A stretch of DNA of 64,000 nt, taken from Sulfurospirillaceae bacterium (GTDB lineage Bacteria; Campylobacterota; Campylobacteria; Campylobacterales; Sulfurospirillaceae). A program made the translations under genes and the position numbers. The stretch lies in NCBI GenBank assembly GCA_033723415.1, contig JAWVXD010000001.1, forward strand, positions 224,001 to 288,000, written 5' to 3'. Shown here one piece after another: positions 1 through 10,696 of the stretch. The notes beneath the pieces were generated by a model that was not told the DNA's origin, did no database searches, and saw nothing but the letters and a program-made list of their open reading frames with translations. Every line of letters starts with the position of its first letter. The stretch's first letter is position 1.

Positions 1-638
1 ACCGTCTTTTTGATGTTTTTTTGATTTGAACCTAAAATTTTAACAAAAGACTCTTGCACTTTTATGATTTCTGGAGGAAGCGATGAGTCTGACATATCAC
101 TGCTGCTGTTTGACATTTCAATTTCAATTTCAAGATCATCAAGCTCATTGTCTTTAAATTTTTGGCGCATTTTTTCATAACTTCTTTGATAATCACTTTT
201 TTTCTCTTCACTAGCACCTTTTGGAAGAGGAGGCAATAATTTTTCTATAATTTCTTTCTCAACATGCAAATCAATATCTTCTTTATTCTTTTCTCTATGT
301 TGCGCTTTGACAAGGTTATATGAGGCTAACATTAAATCTCTTACCATTGATTCTACATCTCTTCCCACAAATCCAACTTCAGTATATTTACTAGCTTCAA
401 CTTTTACAAACGGTAAACCCATCATTTTAGCCATTCTTCTTGCTATCTCAGTTTTACCGACTCCTGTTGAACCTATCATCAAAATATTTTTAGGCATTAC
501 TTCTTCTTGCATCTCTTTGCCTAGCTGAAGTCTTCTATATCTATTTCTTAGAGCTATTGCTATGGATTTTTTAGCTTCAAATTGTCCTATAATATATTCA
601 TCAAGATAATTGACTATCTCTTTTGGTTTTAAATTCAT
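1..638 (-). CDS. hslU: ATP-dependent protease ATPase subunit HslU (5' part; runs off the left edge)
   Basis: Not in the ORF track. My translation from ATG at 638 reads [36 protein letters not shown]...[20 protein letters not shown], the HslU N-terminus and Walker A; it follows hslV directly. Confidence 0.96.
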   Translation of the reverse strand, partial: MNLKPKEIVNYLDEYIIGQFEAKKSIAIALRNRYRRLQLGKEMQEEVMPKNILMIGSTGVGKTEIARRMAKMMGLPFVKVEASKYTEVGFVGRDVESMVRDLMLASYNLVKAQHREKNKEDIDLHVEKEIIEKLLPPLPKGASEEKKSDYQRSYEKMRQKFKDNELDDLEIEIEMSNSSSDMSDSSLPPEIIKVQESFVKILGSNQKNIKKT

Positions 639-640
639 CT

Positions 641-1180
641 TTATTCGTCCTCTAGCGAAAATATTTTTATGTTTGAATTTGTATAAATACAAAGTTCTCC
701 TGCGATCTTCAAGCTTTCTTTTACTAGTGCTTCTTCATCAAGATCAGAGTGTTTATTCAGTGCTCTTGCAGCCGATATTGCAAAATTACCGCCACTACCT
801 ATTGCGGCGATTTTTCCGTCTTCTGGTTCAACTACATCTCCTGTGCCTGTCAATATAAATATATGTTTAGTGTTAAGCACTATCATCATGGCTTCCAATC
901 TACGAAGCATCTTGTCTTTTCTCCACTCTTTTGAAAATTCTATGACAGATTTATATAAATCGCCTTTTTTCTGTTCAAGAATTCCCTCAAACATATCAAA
1001 AAGATTAAAAGCATCAGCGGTACTTCCTGCAAAACCGGCAAGAACTTTACCATTGTGTAATTTTCTAATTTTTGTTGCATTGCTTTTAAGTACACTGTTT
1101 CCAAATGTTACTTGTCCATCACCGCCTATGACTGCTTTTTTGTCTCCACGACATGCTAATATGGTAGTTGCTTCAAACAT
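641..1180 (-). CDS. hslV: ATP-dependent protease peptidase subunit HslV
   Basis: TTILA N-terminal Thr, [27 protein letters not shown] motifs. Confidence 0.97.
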   Translation of the reverse strand: MFEATTILACRGDKKAVIGGDGQVTFGNSVLKSNATKIRKLHNGKVLAGFAGSTADAFNLFDMFEGILEQKKGDLYKSVIEFSKEWRKDKMLRRLEAMMIVLNTKHIFILTGTGDVVEPEDGKIAAIGSGGNFAISAARALNKHSDLDEEALVKESLKIAGELCIYTNSNIKIFSLEDE

Positions 1181-1189
1181 TTTATCTGC

Positions 1190-1636
1190 TTACTCCCCGA
1201 TAATTTCTAAAGTTAAATTTGCATGTATCCCATGACCTAGTTTTGCTGAAATTGAAAATTCGCCTGTAGCTTTTATGGCTTTGTCTATCTCAATATGTTT
1301 TTTGTCTATTTCTATGTTAAATTGGCTTAACAGTTCATGAGATATTTCATCTTTTGTGACTGCCCCGAAAAGGCTTCCGTTTGCGCCGAGTTTCCTAGTT
1401 ATGACTAGTTTTGTATCCGCTAATTCTTTTTCGAGTTTTTTTAGATTTTTAATTTCTTCAATTTCTTCTTCTTCTTTTCTCTTCTTATCAGCTTCATATT
1501 TTCTCAATACTTCGTTTGTAGCATGAAGAGCCAATCCTTTTCCAATTAAAAAATTTCTTCCGTAACCGTCTTTTACTTCTTTTATCTCACCTTTTTTACC
1601 AAGTGATTTTACATCTTTTATCAATAAGACTTTCAT
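1190..1636 (-). CDS. rplI: 50S ribosomal protein L9
   Basis: [38 protein letters not shown]. Confidence 0.97.
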   Translation of the reverse strand: MKVLLIKDVKSLGKKGEIKEVKDGYGRNFLIGKGLALHATNEVLRKYEADKKRKEEEEIEEIKNLKKLEKELADTKLVITRKLGANGSLFGAVTKDEISHELLSQFNIEIDKKHIEIDKAIKATGEFSISAKLGHGIHANLTLEIIGE

Positions 1637-1663
1637 ATAGTTTCTCCTTAATATTATGTTATT

Positions 1664-2059
1664 TTATAATTTATTCGGTATCCTTGCATTTCTGCTTGTA
1701 TCACCTCTATAAGAGTATATACCATCACTTAAATGTGCTATTTTTGTAAAGCCCATTTGTTGCTTTAAAACACCTAATACATATGATGTTCTACTGCCTG
1801 TTCTGCAATACAAAACGATATGCTTGTCTTTTAACTTTTCCAACTCATCTATATGCTGATTCAGTGTTGTTGTAGGAAACAATAGATCCGTGCCATTTAT
1901 ACTTTGGTCAGTGTACTCAAATATTTCTCTTATATCTATCAATAAAAAATCAAATTCATTATTTTTTCTAAATTCCAAAAGTTCTTTTAAATCTTCACTG
2001 CTAGCTTCTGACGAGGAAAATACTCTTTCCTTTATTGATTCTAAATTACTTGTTTTCAT
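1664..2059 (-). CDS. Rhodanese-like domain protein
   Basis: LLIDIRE..EY, active-site loop [13 protein letters not shown]. Confidence 0.85.
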   Translation of the reverse strand: MKTSNLESIKERVFSSSEASSEDLKELLEFRKNNEFDFLLIDIREIFEYTDQSINGTDLLFPTTTLNQHIDELEKLKDKHIVLYCRTGSRTSYVLGVLKQQMGFTKIAHLSDGIYSYRGDTSRNARIPNKL

Positions 2060-3275
2060 GTCTTTTTTTATTCTTTCCGCTTATTATAAATCTTAATGCA
2101 TTTAGTTTTATAAAACCTGCTGCATCTTTTTGATCGTATACTTCGTCTTCTTCAAATGTACAAAACTCTGCATTAAAAAGATTGTCTTTCTCTGAGCTTC
2201 TGCCGATTACTGTGACATTACCTTTATAAAGTTCCAATCTAACTTTTCCATTTACATTCTCTTGAGATTTATCGATCGCTGCTTGCATCATCTCTCTCTC
2301 AGGAGAAAACCAAAATCCATTGTATACTGTTGTAGCATAACGAGGCATTAATTCGTCTTTAAAGTGTGCGGCTTCTCTATCAAGAGTTATACTTTCTATA
2401 GCGCGATGAGCCTTTAGCATTATAGTTCCGCCAGGAGTTTCATAGCAACCTCTACTTTTCATACCTACAAAGCGATTTTCAACTATATCGATTCTACCTA
2501 CACCGTGTTTTCCACCTATTTCATTTAGTGTTGCAAGCATTTTAGCAGGAGTTAATCTTTCTCCGTTTAACGCAACCGGATCACCTTTTTCATAGTCTAT
2601 CTCGATAGTCTCAGCAGTGTCTGGCGCATTTTTTGGGCTGACTGTCCATCTCCACATATCATCTTCAGGTTTTGCATCAGGATCTTCTAAAACTAAGCCT
2701 TCATATGAAATATGCAATAGATTTGCGTCCATTGAATATGGTGATTTATTTCCTTTTTTTTCTATCTGAATATCGTGCTTTCTAGCATATGCCAAAAGTT
2801 TTTCTCTAGAGTTCAAATCCCATTCTCTCCAAGGAGCTATGATAGTTAGATCAGAATTCATACTTAAATATCCAAGTTCAAATCGTACTTGGTCATTTCC
2901 TTTTCCTGTTGCTCCGTGACTGACTGCATCCGCACCGGTTAAACTTGCTATTTGAGCTTGTCTTTTTGCTATAAGAGGTCGGGCTATAGAAGTGCCTAAA
3001 AGGTATTCTCCTTCATAAATAGTATTTGCTCTAAACATTGGAAATACATAATCTCTTACAAATTCTTCTTTTAAATCTTCAATAAAAATATTTTCCGGTT
3101 TTATCCCTAGCTGCAGAGCTTTTTTTCTAGCCGGCTCTAATTCTTCGCCTTGACCGATATCGGCAGTAAAAGTTACGACTTCACAGTTGAATTCGTCTTG
3201 CAGCCATTTTAAAATAATACTGGTATCCAATCCTCCAGAATATGCTAAAACAACTTTCTTGACATCTTTCTTCAT
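2046..3275 (-). CDS. argG: Argininosuccinate synthase
   Basis: [36 protein letters not shown]. Confidence 0.98.
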   Translation of the reverse strand: MKKDVKKVVLAYSGGLDTSIILKWLQDEFNCEVVTFTADIGQGEELEPARKKALQLGIKPENIFIEDLKEEFVRDYVFPMFRANTIYEGEYLLGTSIARPLIAKRQAQIASLTGADAVSHGATGKGNDQVRFELGYLSMNSDLTIIAPWREWDLNSREKLLAYARKHDIQIEKKGNKSPYSMDANLLHISYEGLVLEDPDAKPEDDMWRWTVSPKNAPDTAETIEIDYEKGDPVALNGERLTPAKMLATLNEIGGKHGVGRIDIVENRFVGMKSRGCYETPGGTIMLKAHRAIESITLDREAAHFKDELMPRYATTVYNGFWFSPEREMMQAAIDKSQENVNGKVRLELYKGNVTVIGRSSEKDNLFNAEFCTFEEDEVYDQKDAAGFIKLNALRFIISGKNKKRHENK

Positions 3276-3461
3276 ATTTTTTTCTCCTTTTGTTTGGGGT
3301 TACCCAACCAAAATTCCTCTCACTAAAGCTTGCCATTTTTATGATCTGATTAAGAAAGTCAAGTTCTTTAAATGAGAAAAATTGTTTAATTTTTAAGTAA
3401 GAGAGTATTTTATCGAAAGATATTGAAAAAGTAGCTTATAGGTTAAGATTTACAAATCGGC

Positions 3462-3479
3462 TAGCAAAAAGCGTTCCAT
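3462..3479 (-). promoter_or_regulatory. Sigma54 (-24/-12) promoter-like site pointing toward argG
   Basis: Minus strand ATGGAACGCTTTTTGCTA = GG-N10-GC with TTGCT, close to the Campylobacterota RpoN consensus. Confidence 0.6.
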
Positions 3480-3503
3480 AAAATGTAAATTTAAAACTTG
3501 TTT

Positions 3504-3512
3504 TGATACAAT
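3504..3512 (+). promoter_or_regulatory. Extended -10 promoter for the S4-trpD-tsaE-lptB-rpoN operon
   Basis: TGATACAAT (TGn-TACAAT) about 30 nt upstream of the TTG start at 3543. Confidence 0.5.
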
Positions 3513-3542
3513 TTGTCAGATTAAGCTGTAAGGGCAGATATT

Positions 3543-3791
3543 TTGAGAATAGATAAATTTTTAAATAGTGTAAATATAACCAAAAGAAGAGCAATTTCGG
3601 AAGATATGTGTAAAAGTGGCGTCATAAGCATAAATGACACTGTAGTCAAACCTGCAAAGATAGTCAAAATCGGAGATATTATCAGTATCAAATATCTTGA
3701 TAAAATAGTAAAGTATGAAGTCTTGCAAATTCCACAGACAAAGACCATACCCAAAAGTGCTCAAAGCGAATATGTAAAAATAATAAATTAG
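3543..3791 (+). CDS. S4-domain RNA-binding protein (RqcP/Hsp15-like)
   Basis: MRIDKFL...KRR..S..MC..G...IN....KP...VKIGD; TTG start. Confidence 0.85.
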   Translation: MRIDKFLNSVNITKRRAISEDMCKSGVISINDTVVKPAKIVKIGDIISIKYLDKIVKYEVLQIPQTKTIPKSAQSEYVKIIN

Positions 3792-3801
3792 AGGATCAGA
3801 G

Positions 3802-4782
3802 ATGTTTGAGGTAGCCAAAGAGAATTTTCAAAAAATTTTCAAAAATGAGATAAGTCAGGATGAAGCAAGAAAATATTTGATCGAGCTATATAAAAGAGGT
3901 GAAACTGCAGAAGAGATCGCTGCAGCAACCGAAGTCATGAGAGAACATTCGATAAAACTGATTATCTCTGAAGCTTTGAGGGAAAAACTTATTGATATTG
4001 TAGGAACAGGTGGAGATAAAAGTAACAGTTTTAATATCTCAAGCACAGTATCACTTCTTCTCCCTACTTTTGGATGCTCTGTAGCGAAACATGGGAATAG
4101 AGCGATCACAAGTAAATCAGGTAGTGCAGATATGCTTGAAGCTCTTGGAATAAACCTAAATCTAGATACAACAAAGCAGGTTAAAATGTTAGGAGAAAGT
4201 GGCTTTACATTTTTATTTGCAATCAATCATCACCCTGCAATGAAGTATATTATGCCCCTAAGAAAAAGTATAGAACATAGAAGTATATTCAATATATTAG
4301 GTCCGCTTACAAATCCGGCAGGCGCTAGAAAGTACTTGATAGGTGTATTTAGCGATGAATTTCTAAACAGGATTATAGTCGGTTTGAGCATGTTGGATAC
4401 AAAAAGCGCAGTGGCGGTAAGCAGCAGAGACAAGATGGATGAGATAAGTATTTCAGACATAACTTATGCAACCATTTTAAAAGACAATAGAACTAGAGAT
4501 TTTATAATAGATCCGCAAGAATTTGGTATAAAATTGGCTCCCAAAGAAGCTATAATAGGTGGAAGTGCGAAGGATAATGCTAAGATCACATATTCGATTT
4601 TGAAAGGTGAAGAAAAAGGAGCTAAGAGAGATATAGTATTGTTAAATACAGCTATGGCGCTTGTCGTGGATGATAAAGCAAGAGATATCCAAGAAGGCTT
4701 AGAGATGGCTAGAGACTCTATAGAGAGTAAAAAAGCCTTTAAAAAATTAGAAGAGATCATTAAGGTTTCAAACACGATATGA
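3802..4782 (+). CDS. trpD: Anthranilate phosphoribosyltransferase
   Basis: DIVGTGGD, NISST, AKHGNRAITSKSGSADMLEALG, FNILGPLTNP. Confidence 0.96.
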   Translation: MFEVAKENFQKIFKNEISQDEARKYLIELYKRGETAEEIAAATEVMREHSIKLIISEALREKLIDIVGTGGDKSNSFNISSTVSLLLPTFGCSVAKHGNRAITSKSGSADMLEALGINLNLDTTKQVKMLGESGFTFLFAINHHPAMKYIMPLRKSIEHRSIFNILGPLTNPAGARKYLIGVFSDEFLNRIIVGLSMLDTKSAVAVSSRDKMDEISISDITYATILKDNRTRDFIIDPQEFGIKLAPKEAIIGGSAKDNAKITYSILKGEEKGAKRDIVLLNTAMALVVDDKARDIQEGLEMARDSIESKKAFKKLEEIIKVSNTI

Positions 4783-5198
4783 AAGTGCTAGAAAAAAGTT
4801 CTTCTTTGAATGATTTAGAAAATTTTGTATCTGAGGTACATGATTTTTTGGGTGGCTGCAGAATTATCCTGTTAAAAGGAGACTTAGCAAGCGGAAAGAC
4901 TACTTTTGTGCAAAAATTTGCACAGCATTTAGGCATAGATGTTGATGTGACTTCTCCAACTTTTTCTGTTCAAAATGAATATGATAAAAAACTATATCAT
5001 TATGATATCTATCAAAATGGAGTTAGTGGATTTATAGCACAGGGACTTTTAGAAGAGTTGGATAAAAACGGTTGGCATATGATAGAGTGGGGGGATGAAA
5101 AAATGGAAAAGATCCTGGATTCTTATTTTATTGATTATGCGATTATTGAGATAACAAAATTAGACCAAAAAACGAGGAAATATAAGTGCATACATTAA
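4779..5198 (+). CDS. tsaE: tRNA threonylcarbamoyladenosine biosynthesis ATPase TsaE
   Basis: [27 protein letters not shown]. Confidence 0.93.
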   Translation: MKVLEKSSSLNDLENFVSEVHDFLGGCRIILLKGDLASGKTTFVQKFAQHLGIDVDVTSPTFSVQNEYDKKLYHYDIYQNGVSGFIAQGLLEELDKNGWHMIEWGDEKMEKILDSYFIDYAIIEITKLDQKTRKYKCIH

Positions 5199-5908
5199 AA
5201 GCTGACAAGCTTATAAAATCAGTGAAAAATACAAAAATTATAAATGAAGTATCATTGGAAGTAAAAAGTGGTGAAGTAGTGGGACTTCTAGGACCAAACG
5301 GCGCCGGTAAGACAACGATGTTTTATATGATATGCGGGATTATACCACCGGATAGCGGTGATATTTATCTGGATAACAAAAATATAACAAAAATGCCGAT
5401 GCACAAAAGATCAAAAGAAGGGATAGGCTACCTTCCTCAAGAATCTAGTATCTTCAAAGAACTAAGCGTAGAAGAAAATCTAATGTTGGCAGCAGAGATC
5501 GTCGGAGAAGGGCATGAAGAAATAGAAGAGAGAGTAGAAAAGCTTTTGGAGCTTTTAAATATTGAACCTATCAGAAATAGAAAAGGTATAAGTTTAAGCG
5601 GTGGAGAACGAAGGAGATGTGAAATCGCTAGATCTTTGGCAAATCATCCAAAGTTCTTATTACTTGATGAACCTTTTGCCGGTGTTGATCCTATAGCGGT
5701 GGCTGACATACAAGCGATAGTGAAGGATTTAGTAAAATTTAATATAGGTGTTCTGATAACAGATCACAATGTAAGGGAAACTCTAGGTATCTGCGATCGA
5801 GCTTATGTCATGAAAGACGGTTTACTGCTTGCCAGCGGAAATGCAGAAGATGTTGCAAATAATAAATTGGTCAAGACACATTATCTCGGAGAAGATTTTA
5901 AATTTTAA
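5186..5908 (+). CDS. lptB: LPS export ABC transporter ATPase LptB
   Basis: [49 protein letters not shown]; directly upstream of rpoN. Confidence 0.95.
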   Translation: MHTLKADKLIKSVKNTKIINEVSLEVKSGEVVGLLGPNGAGKTTMFYMICGIIPPDSGDIYLDNKNITKMPMHKRSKEGIGYLPQESSIFKELSVEENLMLAAEIVGEGHEEIEERVEKLLELLNIEPIRNRKGISLSGGERRRCEIARSLANHPKFLLLDEPFAGVDPIAVADIQAIVKDLVKFNIGVLITDHNVRETLGICDRAYVMKDGLLLASGNAEDVANNKLVKTHYLGEDFKF

Positions 5909-5923
5909 AAAAGGCACTTTATA

Positions 5924-7198
5924 GTGAAATTAAGAGCAAAGACTGAACTTTCCACTAAACAAAAACTTTCTTCTACATTAAGAAGTTGGTTGCCAATTCT
6001 ACAATCTGATTTAGAGTCTTTGCAAGAAGTGTTGGAGCCATTTACTAAAGAGAATCCATTCATAGAGATTAAAGCAGGACATGAAAAAACTACAAAAGAG
6101 TATGAGAAAAAAAGTTTTTTTCAGCAAGCCGCAAAAGAATCTGTATCTAGTGTTATAGAAGCTCTGACTGTTGATAAAAAATCTCTTTACGATATTTTAT
6201 ATGAACAGATCAATCCTCCTTTATTCCCAACCTTGAAATCTCAGCAAATAGCTTATGACATTATAGAAAATCTTGATCATGAGGGTTATTTTGAGTCAGA
6301 TTCGATAACTGCTATATCAAAGAAAAACGGTTGTAATATAGATACCATAGAAAAGATCAGAAAAAGATTTGCATATTTGTCTCCATCAGGTGTTGGAGCA
6401 GTGGACTTTAAAGAATCATTCATATTTCAACTGGATGAGCTTGAAACTGATGATAAAACGTATGAGTTGGTTTATAAGATCATAGAAAATTTCGAAGCTG
6501 CAGAATCATTTGCCGGTGAACCTAACTTTAACAATGCACTAAAAATTTTGAAAAAATTTAAAAATCCTCCGGCGATAGAATATCTAGAAGAAAATAAAGT
6601 AATCATTCCAGATATCTTTATCTTTAATATTGGCGGAAATATCGAAGTCAAGTTAAACGATGCATATTATCCGGATATCATCCTAGATACTTCCGGACTT
6701 GATGATAAACAAGAGTTTGTATCAAAAAAGATCAAAGAGGCAAAAGATCTTATAGACGCTCTTGAGATGAGAAAAGCCACACTTTATAAAATTGGTTTGT
6801 TGATAGTTGAGTATCAGTATGATTTCTTTTTCGGAGCAGCAATAAAGCCTATGAAACTTAAAGATTTGGCGACTGAATTAAACAGAAATCAGTCAACGAT
6901 ATCAAGAGCAATATCCGGTAAGTACATATCTTGCGATAGAGGTGTTATCCCTCTTAAACATTTTTTTGCTACTGCCGTTGAAGAAAATCTGTCCAACAGT
7001 GCAATCAAGGATTATATGTGTGAACTTGTCAAATATGAAGATCACAAAAAACCTCTAAGCGATATGAAACTTTTAGAAGCTATAGAAAATAAATTTGGAA
7101 TAAAAATAGTAAGAAGGACGATCACAAAATATAGACAACAATTTAATATCGCAGGTTCATCCGAGCGTAAGAAACTGTATGCTTTAAAATATCTTTGA
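5924..7198 (+). CDS. rpoN: RNA polymerase sigma-54 factor
   Basis: STISRAISGKY HTH, PLSD, RpoN box VRRTITKYR. Confidence 0.96.
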   Translation: MKLRAKTELSTKQKLSSTLRSWLPILQSDLESLQEVLEPFTKENPFIEIKAGHEKTTKEYEKKSFFQQAAKESVSSVIEALTVDKKSLYDILYEQINPPLFPTLKSQQIAYDIIENLDHEGYFESDSITAISKKNGCNIDTIEKIRKRFAYLSPSGVGAVDFKESFIFQLDELETDDKTYELVYKIIENFEAAESFAGEPNFNNALKILKKFKNPPAIEYLEENKVIIPDIFIFNIGGNIEVKLNDAYYPDIILDTSGLDDKQEFVSKKIKEAKDLIDALEMRKATLYKIGLLIVEYQYDFFFGAAIKPMKLKDLATELNRNQSTISRAISGKYISCDRGVIPLKHFFATAVEENLSNSAIKDYMCELVKYEDHKKPLSDMKLLEAIENKFGIKIVRRTITKYRQQFNIAGSSERKKLYALKYL

Positions 7199-7201
7199 TT
7201 C

Positions 7202-8044
7202 CTACGCTACAAAAAGATTCTTTCGTTCATGTTCAAAGTGCATCTTGATGATTTTATAAGCATTTTGAATATTGTAGAATTTTTTTGTATAGCATTTATT
7301 GAGGAAAGTGCTTGTAGAGTTTAGAGTATCGGGATGATATCTTTTTACTAGCTTCAAATATTTTTGTCTGATTGTTTTAAAACTGTCTTTTTTTGTACAA
7401 CCCAAAACCTTGTAATGCTCTTCTAGAATTTGAAACAAGGAGTTATTGATTAGATCATTGTGTTCTTTGTTCTCTAAAAAAACTTTATAACCTTCATATT
7501 GGTTTTTATCATAATTAAATTCTATAAAAGAGCCAAGTAGCTCTTTTTGTTCTAGTAACTTTTCGAGTAACCGAGCAGTTCTTGAAGAGTACGGTTCTAT
7601 ATTTAAAGTTTTATCTTTACTTGAATAGTGCGATATATGATTTTTAAAATAATTTCTCAAATAGCTGATCAAGATCGTATTATTAGTGTCTAATTTAAAT
7701 GTCATTGTGTAGTCATCTTCAATATTTATATCTATGTTGACACATTGTAGTATCTGGTTTGACTTTATCAGAGAGATCTTGATGTTCTTGTCGTAAGAGT
7801 TTTTGATATTTTCAACTTCGCTGTTTTTTGGTTTCTGGCTTTGAGAAGCGTATATCTTGCTAATCAATTTTAAAAAATATCTTCTTTGTACGCTTTCTTC
7901 ATCTTGTTTAAATATAATGATCTTAGATTTTTTGCCTATTTTTTTAGAAAAGTTCTTTTCTGCAAGGTTTTGAAGAAAATAAAAAGTTTTAGCATCTTCT
8001 TCTATATCGATTGTTATTAGTCCATGCGAATATGAGATTTGCAT
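7202..8044 (-). CDS. C-terminal J-domain (DnaJ-like) protein, Campylobacterota type
   Basis: HYKVLG...IRQKYLKLVKRYHPD...IQNAY; start better placed at ATG 8044 (MQISY) behind an AAAAGGAA SD than at 8086. Confidence 0.8.
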   Translation of the reverse strand: MQISYSHGLITIDIEEDAKTFYFLQNLAEKNFSKKIGKKSKIIIFKQDEESVQRRYFLKLISKIYASQSQKPKNSEVENIKNSYDKNIKISLIKSNQILQCVNIDINIEDDYTMTFKLDTNNTILISYLRNYFKNHISHYSSKDKTLNIEPYSSRTARLLEKLLEQKELLGSFIEFNYDKNQYEGYKVFLENKEHNDLINNSLFQILEEHYKVLGCTKKDSFKTIRQKYLKLVKRYHPDTLNSTSTFLNKCYTKKFYNIQNAYKIIKMHFEHERKNLFVA

Positions 8045-8080
8045 TTGTAGATTCCTTTTTCTTTTTCTTACTCGTTTGTT

Positions 8081-8098
8081 AAGCAATAATTATTCCTA
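8081..8098 (-). promoter_or_regulatory. Sigma54-type promoter candidate for the J-domain gene
   Basis: Minus strand TAGGAATAATTATTGCTT = GG-N10-GC, about 40 nt upstream of ATG 8044. Confidence 0.45.
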
Positions 8099-8131
8099 TT
8101 TCATACTTGTTTCATCTTCATCTTTTATAAT
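8099..8131 (+). promoter_or_regulatory. Direct-repeat operator plus -10 box, copy 1 (PepSY-RR-HK promoter)
   Basis: TTTCAT(8099)-acttg-TTTCAT(8110)-N10-TATAAT(8126). Confidence 0.7.
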
Positions 8132-8176
8132 TTCACCAAGCGATAAAAAAATCGCGAATATTAGTAAGGAGATCAC

Positions 8177-8602
8177 ATGAAAAACAATGGATATTTTGTA
8201 AAAAGCATAGTTGCTTTAAGTTTAGTGGGAACATTGGCTATGGCTGAGGGGAATCATGAATCAAACGACTTTAGTGCAAAAGATCTGGGTATAAAAAGTT
8301 CGATTCAAATGAAGAAAGATACTAGCGAAGCTGATGAACGGCAAAGTGCTAAACTTGGCGTAAAAGATGTCATAGGCGCTCTAAATTCTAAATTTTCTGG
8401 TAAGATAACAAATATAAAGCTTGAGAACATTGATGGAAATCTAGTATATACTGCTGAGGTTTTAGGAAATGGTGACACAATCACTAATGTATTCGTAGAT
8501 GCAGGCAATGGGAAGATTTTGACTTCTAAATTAGACAAGAAGGATCATTCTGATGAGCAGGAAAAAAATCAAGAAAATCAACATGAAGATAATGAAGGTT
8601 AG
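8177..8602 (+). CDS. Secreted PepSY-domain protein
   Basis: Signal peptide; GKITNIKLENIDGNLVYTAEV...VFVDAGNGKIL PepSY pattern; acidic tail. Confidence 0.85.
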   Translation: MKNNGYFVKSIVALSLVGTLAMAEGNHESNDFSAKDLGIKSSIQMKKDTSEADERQSAKLGVKDVIGALNSKFSGKITNIKLENIDGNLVYTAEVLGNGDTITNVFVDAGNGKILTSKLDKKDHSDEQEKNQENQHEDNEG

Positions 8603-8629
8603 ATATTTATATAATCAAGGCAACAGAGC

Positions 8630-9286
8630 ATGAAATTACTCATCATCGAAGATGATTCACATATCCTCTCTTTTTTAAAGAGAGGTTTGCTTGAAGACGG
8701 ATATATAGTGGAGGATTCAATGGATGGAGAAGAAGGGCTGTATATGGCTCTGCATAATAGCTATGATGTTATCGTGCTTGATTGGATGCTACCAGGTAAA
8801 AACGGTATCGAGATCATTGAATCTTTACGTAGTGAAAATATTAAAACTCCTATCATAATGTTGACGGCAAAAGATGATGTCAAAGACCGTGTCAACGGTC
8901 TTAGAAGCGGTGCTGATGATTATCTTCCTAAGCCGTTTTCGTATGAAGAACTTCTTGCACGGATCGAAGCATTACAAAGAAGAAATATTACACAGGGCGG
9001 CAATAACATAGAAGTCGCCGATATTGTGATCAATATAAACACAAAAACAGTCAAAAAAGATGAGAAAATCATAGATTTAACTGCCAAAGAATATGAGTTA
9101 CTGATGTTTTTGATAAAGCATAAAAATTCTACGGTTTCAAACACGATGATAGAAAACGGTCTTTGGGGTAATGAAGAGTATATTAACAGCAATGTGATCC
9201 AAGTGACGGTTTATCATCTTAGAAAAAAAATCGGCAAAAATATTATCAAAAGTTCCAGAGGATTAGGGTATAAAATTGAAATTTAA
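8630..9286 (+). CDS. OmpR-family response regulator
   Basis: IIEDD, LDWMLP, IMLTAK, GADDYLPKPF, winged-helix end RGLGYK. Confidence 0.95.
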   Translation: MKLLIIEDDSHILSFLKRGLLEDGYIVEDSMDGEEGLYMALHNSYDVIVLDWMLPGKNGIEIIESLRSENIKTPIIMLTAKDDVKDRVNGLRSGADDYLPKPFSYEELLARIEALQRRNITQGGNNIEVADIVININTKTVKKDEKIIDLTAKEYELLMFLIKHKNSTVSNTMIENGLWGNEEYINSNVIQVTVYHLRKKIGKNIIKSSRGLGYKIEI

Positions 9287-10601
9287 AAGCTTAAAAACAA
9301 GAGTCTTGGTATGGTTTGGAACTATAGTGGCTTTACTATTGATTTTGTTTAGTATCTCTTTTTACTATTTTTACAATAAAAGCATAAATCTCTCTATTGA
9401 AACTAGATTATATAACCAGGCTGTTTATCTTCACGATAAGATACTACCAACTCTTCGTGAGAAGCAATTTATCAAAAATGATAGATTTTCATCGACTCAG
9501 ATCGCTATCATAAAAGATGGTAAAATCGTCAATCAGACACAAGAATTTACTCTTAGCAAATTTGCGAAATATATTGCTTCAAAAAAGTCGTTTATCACAA
9601 TAGACGGTAGTGAACATATAGACGCTGTGTATAACTTCAAATTCAAAGAACCGTATTCCGGAAATATTCTTTTATATCAGATAGGGATAGACGATAAGGC
9701 CGAAAATGTAGTAGATACACTTTTGGTCTTAGATCCTATGTTACTCATTGTTTTACTTCTTCTTGGGAGCAGGTTGATAGACAAGATTCTAGTACCTGTA
9801 AAAAGTGTGACAAATATAGCAAAAGATATCTCAGTTACCAACTTTTCCAAGAAGATACCGCTTCCCAAAGGTGAACATGAGCTAAAAGATCTGGTGGATT
9901 CTTTTAATGCTATGATCGAAAGATTAAAGGATGGATTTGAGAAGATCGACAGATTTAACAGTGATGTCTCACATGAACTAAAAACTCCCCTGACTGTGAT
10001 AAAGGGGGAAATAGAGTTATCCTTAAAACGAACGAGAAAAATCGAATATTACAAACAAAGTATGGGTGCTATTTCGGATGCGGCAAATCAAATACAACAT
10101 ATCATAGATGATCTATTATTCTTAGCAAAATTTTCTAAAGAAAATATCAAGACTACTTATAGGAAATGTGACCTAGATTCAATCCTGCTTAAAATAATAG
10201 ACAAATATGCGCCCTTGGCTAAAAATAAAAATATTAAGATACACATAGACAGATTTGAGCCGACTACTGCTTCTGTAAATCCGCTCTTGATAGAGAGAAT
10301 ATTCTCAAATCTATTAGACAATGCCATAAAATATACACATGACGAGAAGAATATCTATGTATCTCTTTATAAAGATAAAAAAGTGCATTTTATTATCAAA
10401 GACGAAGGTATTGGTATCCCTCAAAAGTTTTTATCAAATATAACCGATAGATTTTTTAGAGTTGATGAATCTCGGAGCAAGAGTGTAGAAGGCTTTGGTA
10501 TAGGTCTTTCCATTGTTGAGAACTGTGTGAATCTTCATGATGGAAAATTGAAAATAACTTCACTAGAAGATGAAGGAACGACTGTAGAAGTTATATTGTA
10601 A
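9276..10601 (+). CDS. Membrane sensor histidine kinase with HAMP domain
   Basis: Two TM segments, HAMP, SHELKTPL, NLLDNAIKY, DEGIGI, GFGIGLSI. Confidence 0.95.
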   Translation: MKFKSLKTRVLVWFGTIVALLLILFSISFYYFYNKSINLSIETRLYNQAVYLHDKILPTLREKQFIKNDRFSSTQIAIIKDGKIVNQTQEFTLSKFAKYIASKKSFITIDGSEHIDAVYNFKFKEPYSGNILLYQIGIDDKAENVVDTLLVLDPMLLIVLLLLGSRLIDKILVPVKSVTNIAKDISVTNFSKKIPLPKGEHELKDLVDSFNAMIERLKDGFEKIDRFNSDVSHELKTPLTVIKGEIELSLKRTRKIEYYKQSMGAISDAANQIQHIIDDLLFLAKFSKENIKTTYRKCDLDSILLKIIDKYAPLAKNKNIKIHIDRFEPTTASVNPLLIERIFSNLLDNAIKYTHDEKNIYVSLYKDKKVHFIIKDEGIGIPQKFLSNITDRFFRVDESRSKSVEGFGIGLSIVENCVNLHDGKLKITSLEDEGTTVEVIL

Positions 10602-10618
10602 TATTTTATTTTTAATGT

Positions 10619-10651
10619 TTTCATTTTTATTTCACTTTGATTTCTTAAAAT
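10619..10651 (+). promoter_or_regulatory. Direct-repeat operator plus -10 box, copy 2
   Basis: TTTCAT(10619)-tttta-TTTCAC(10630)-N10-TAAAAT(10646). Confidence 0.65.
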
Positions 10652-10696
10652 TTCTTCAAGCAAAAAAATGCTGAAATTTTATACAAGGAGATTTCA

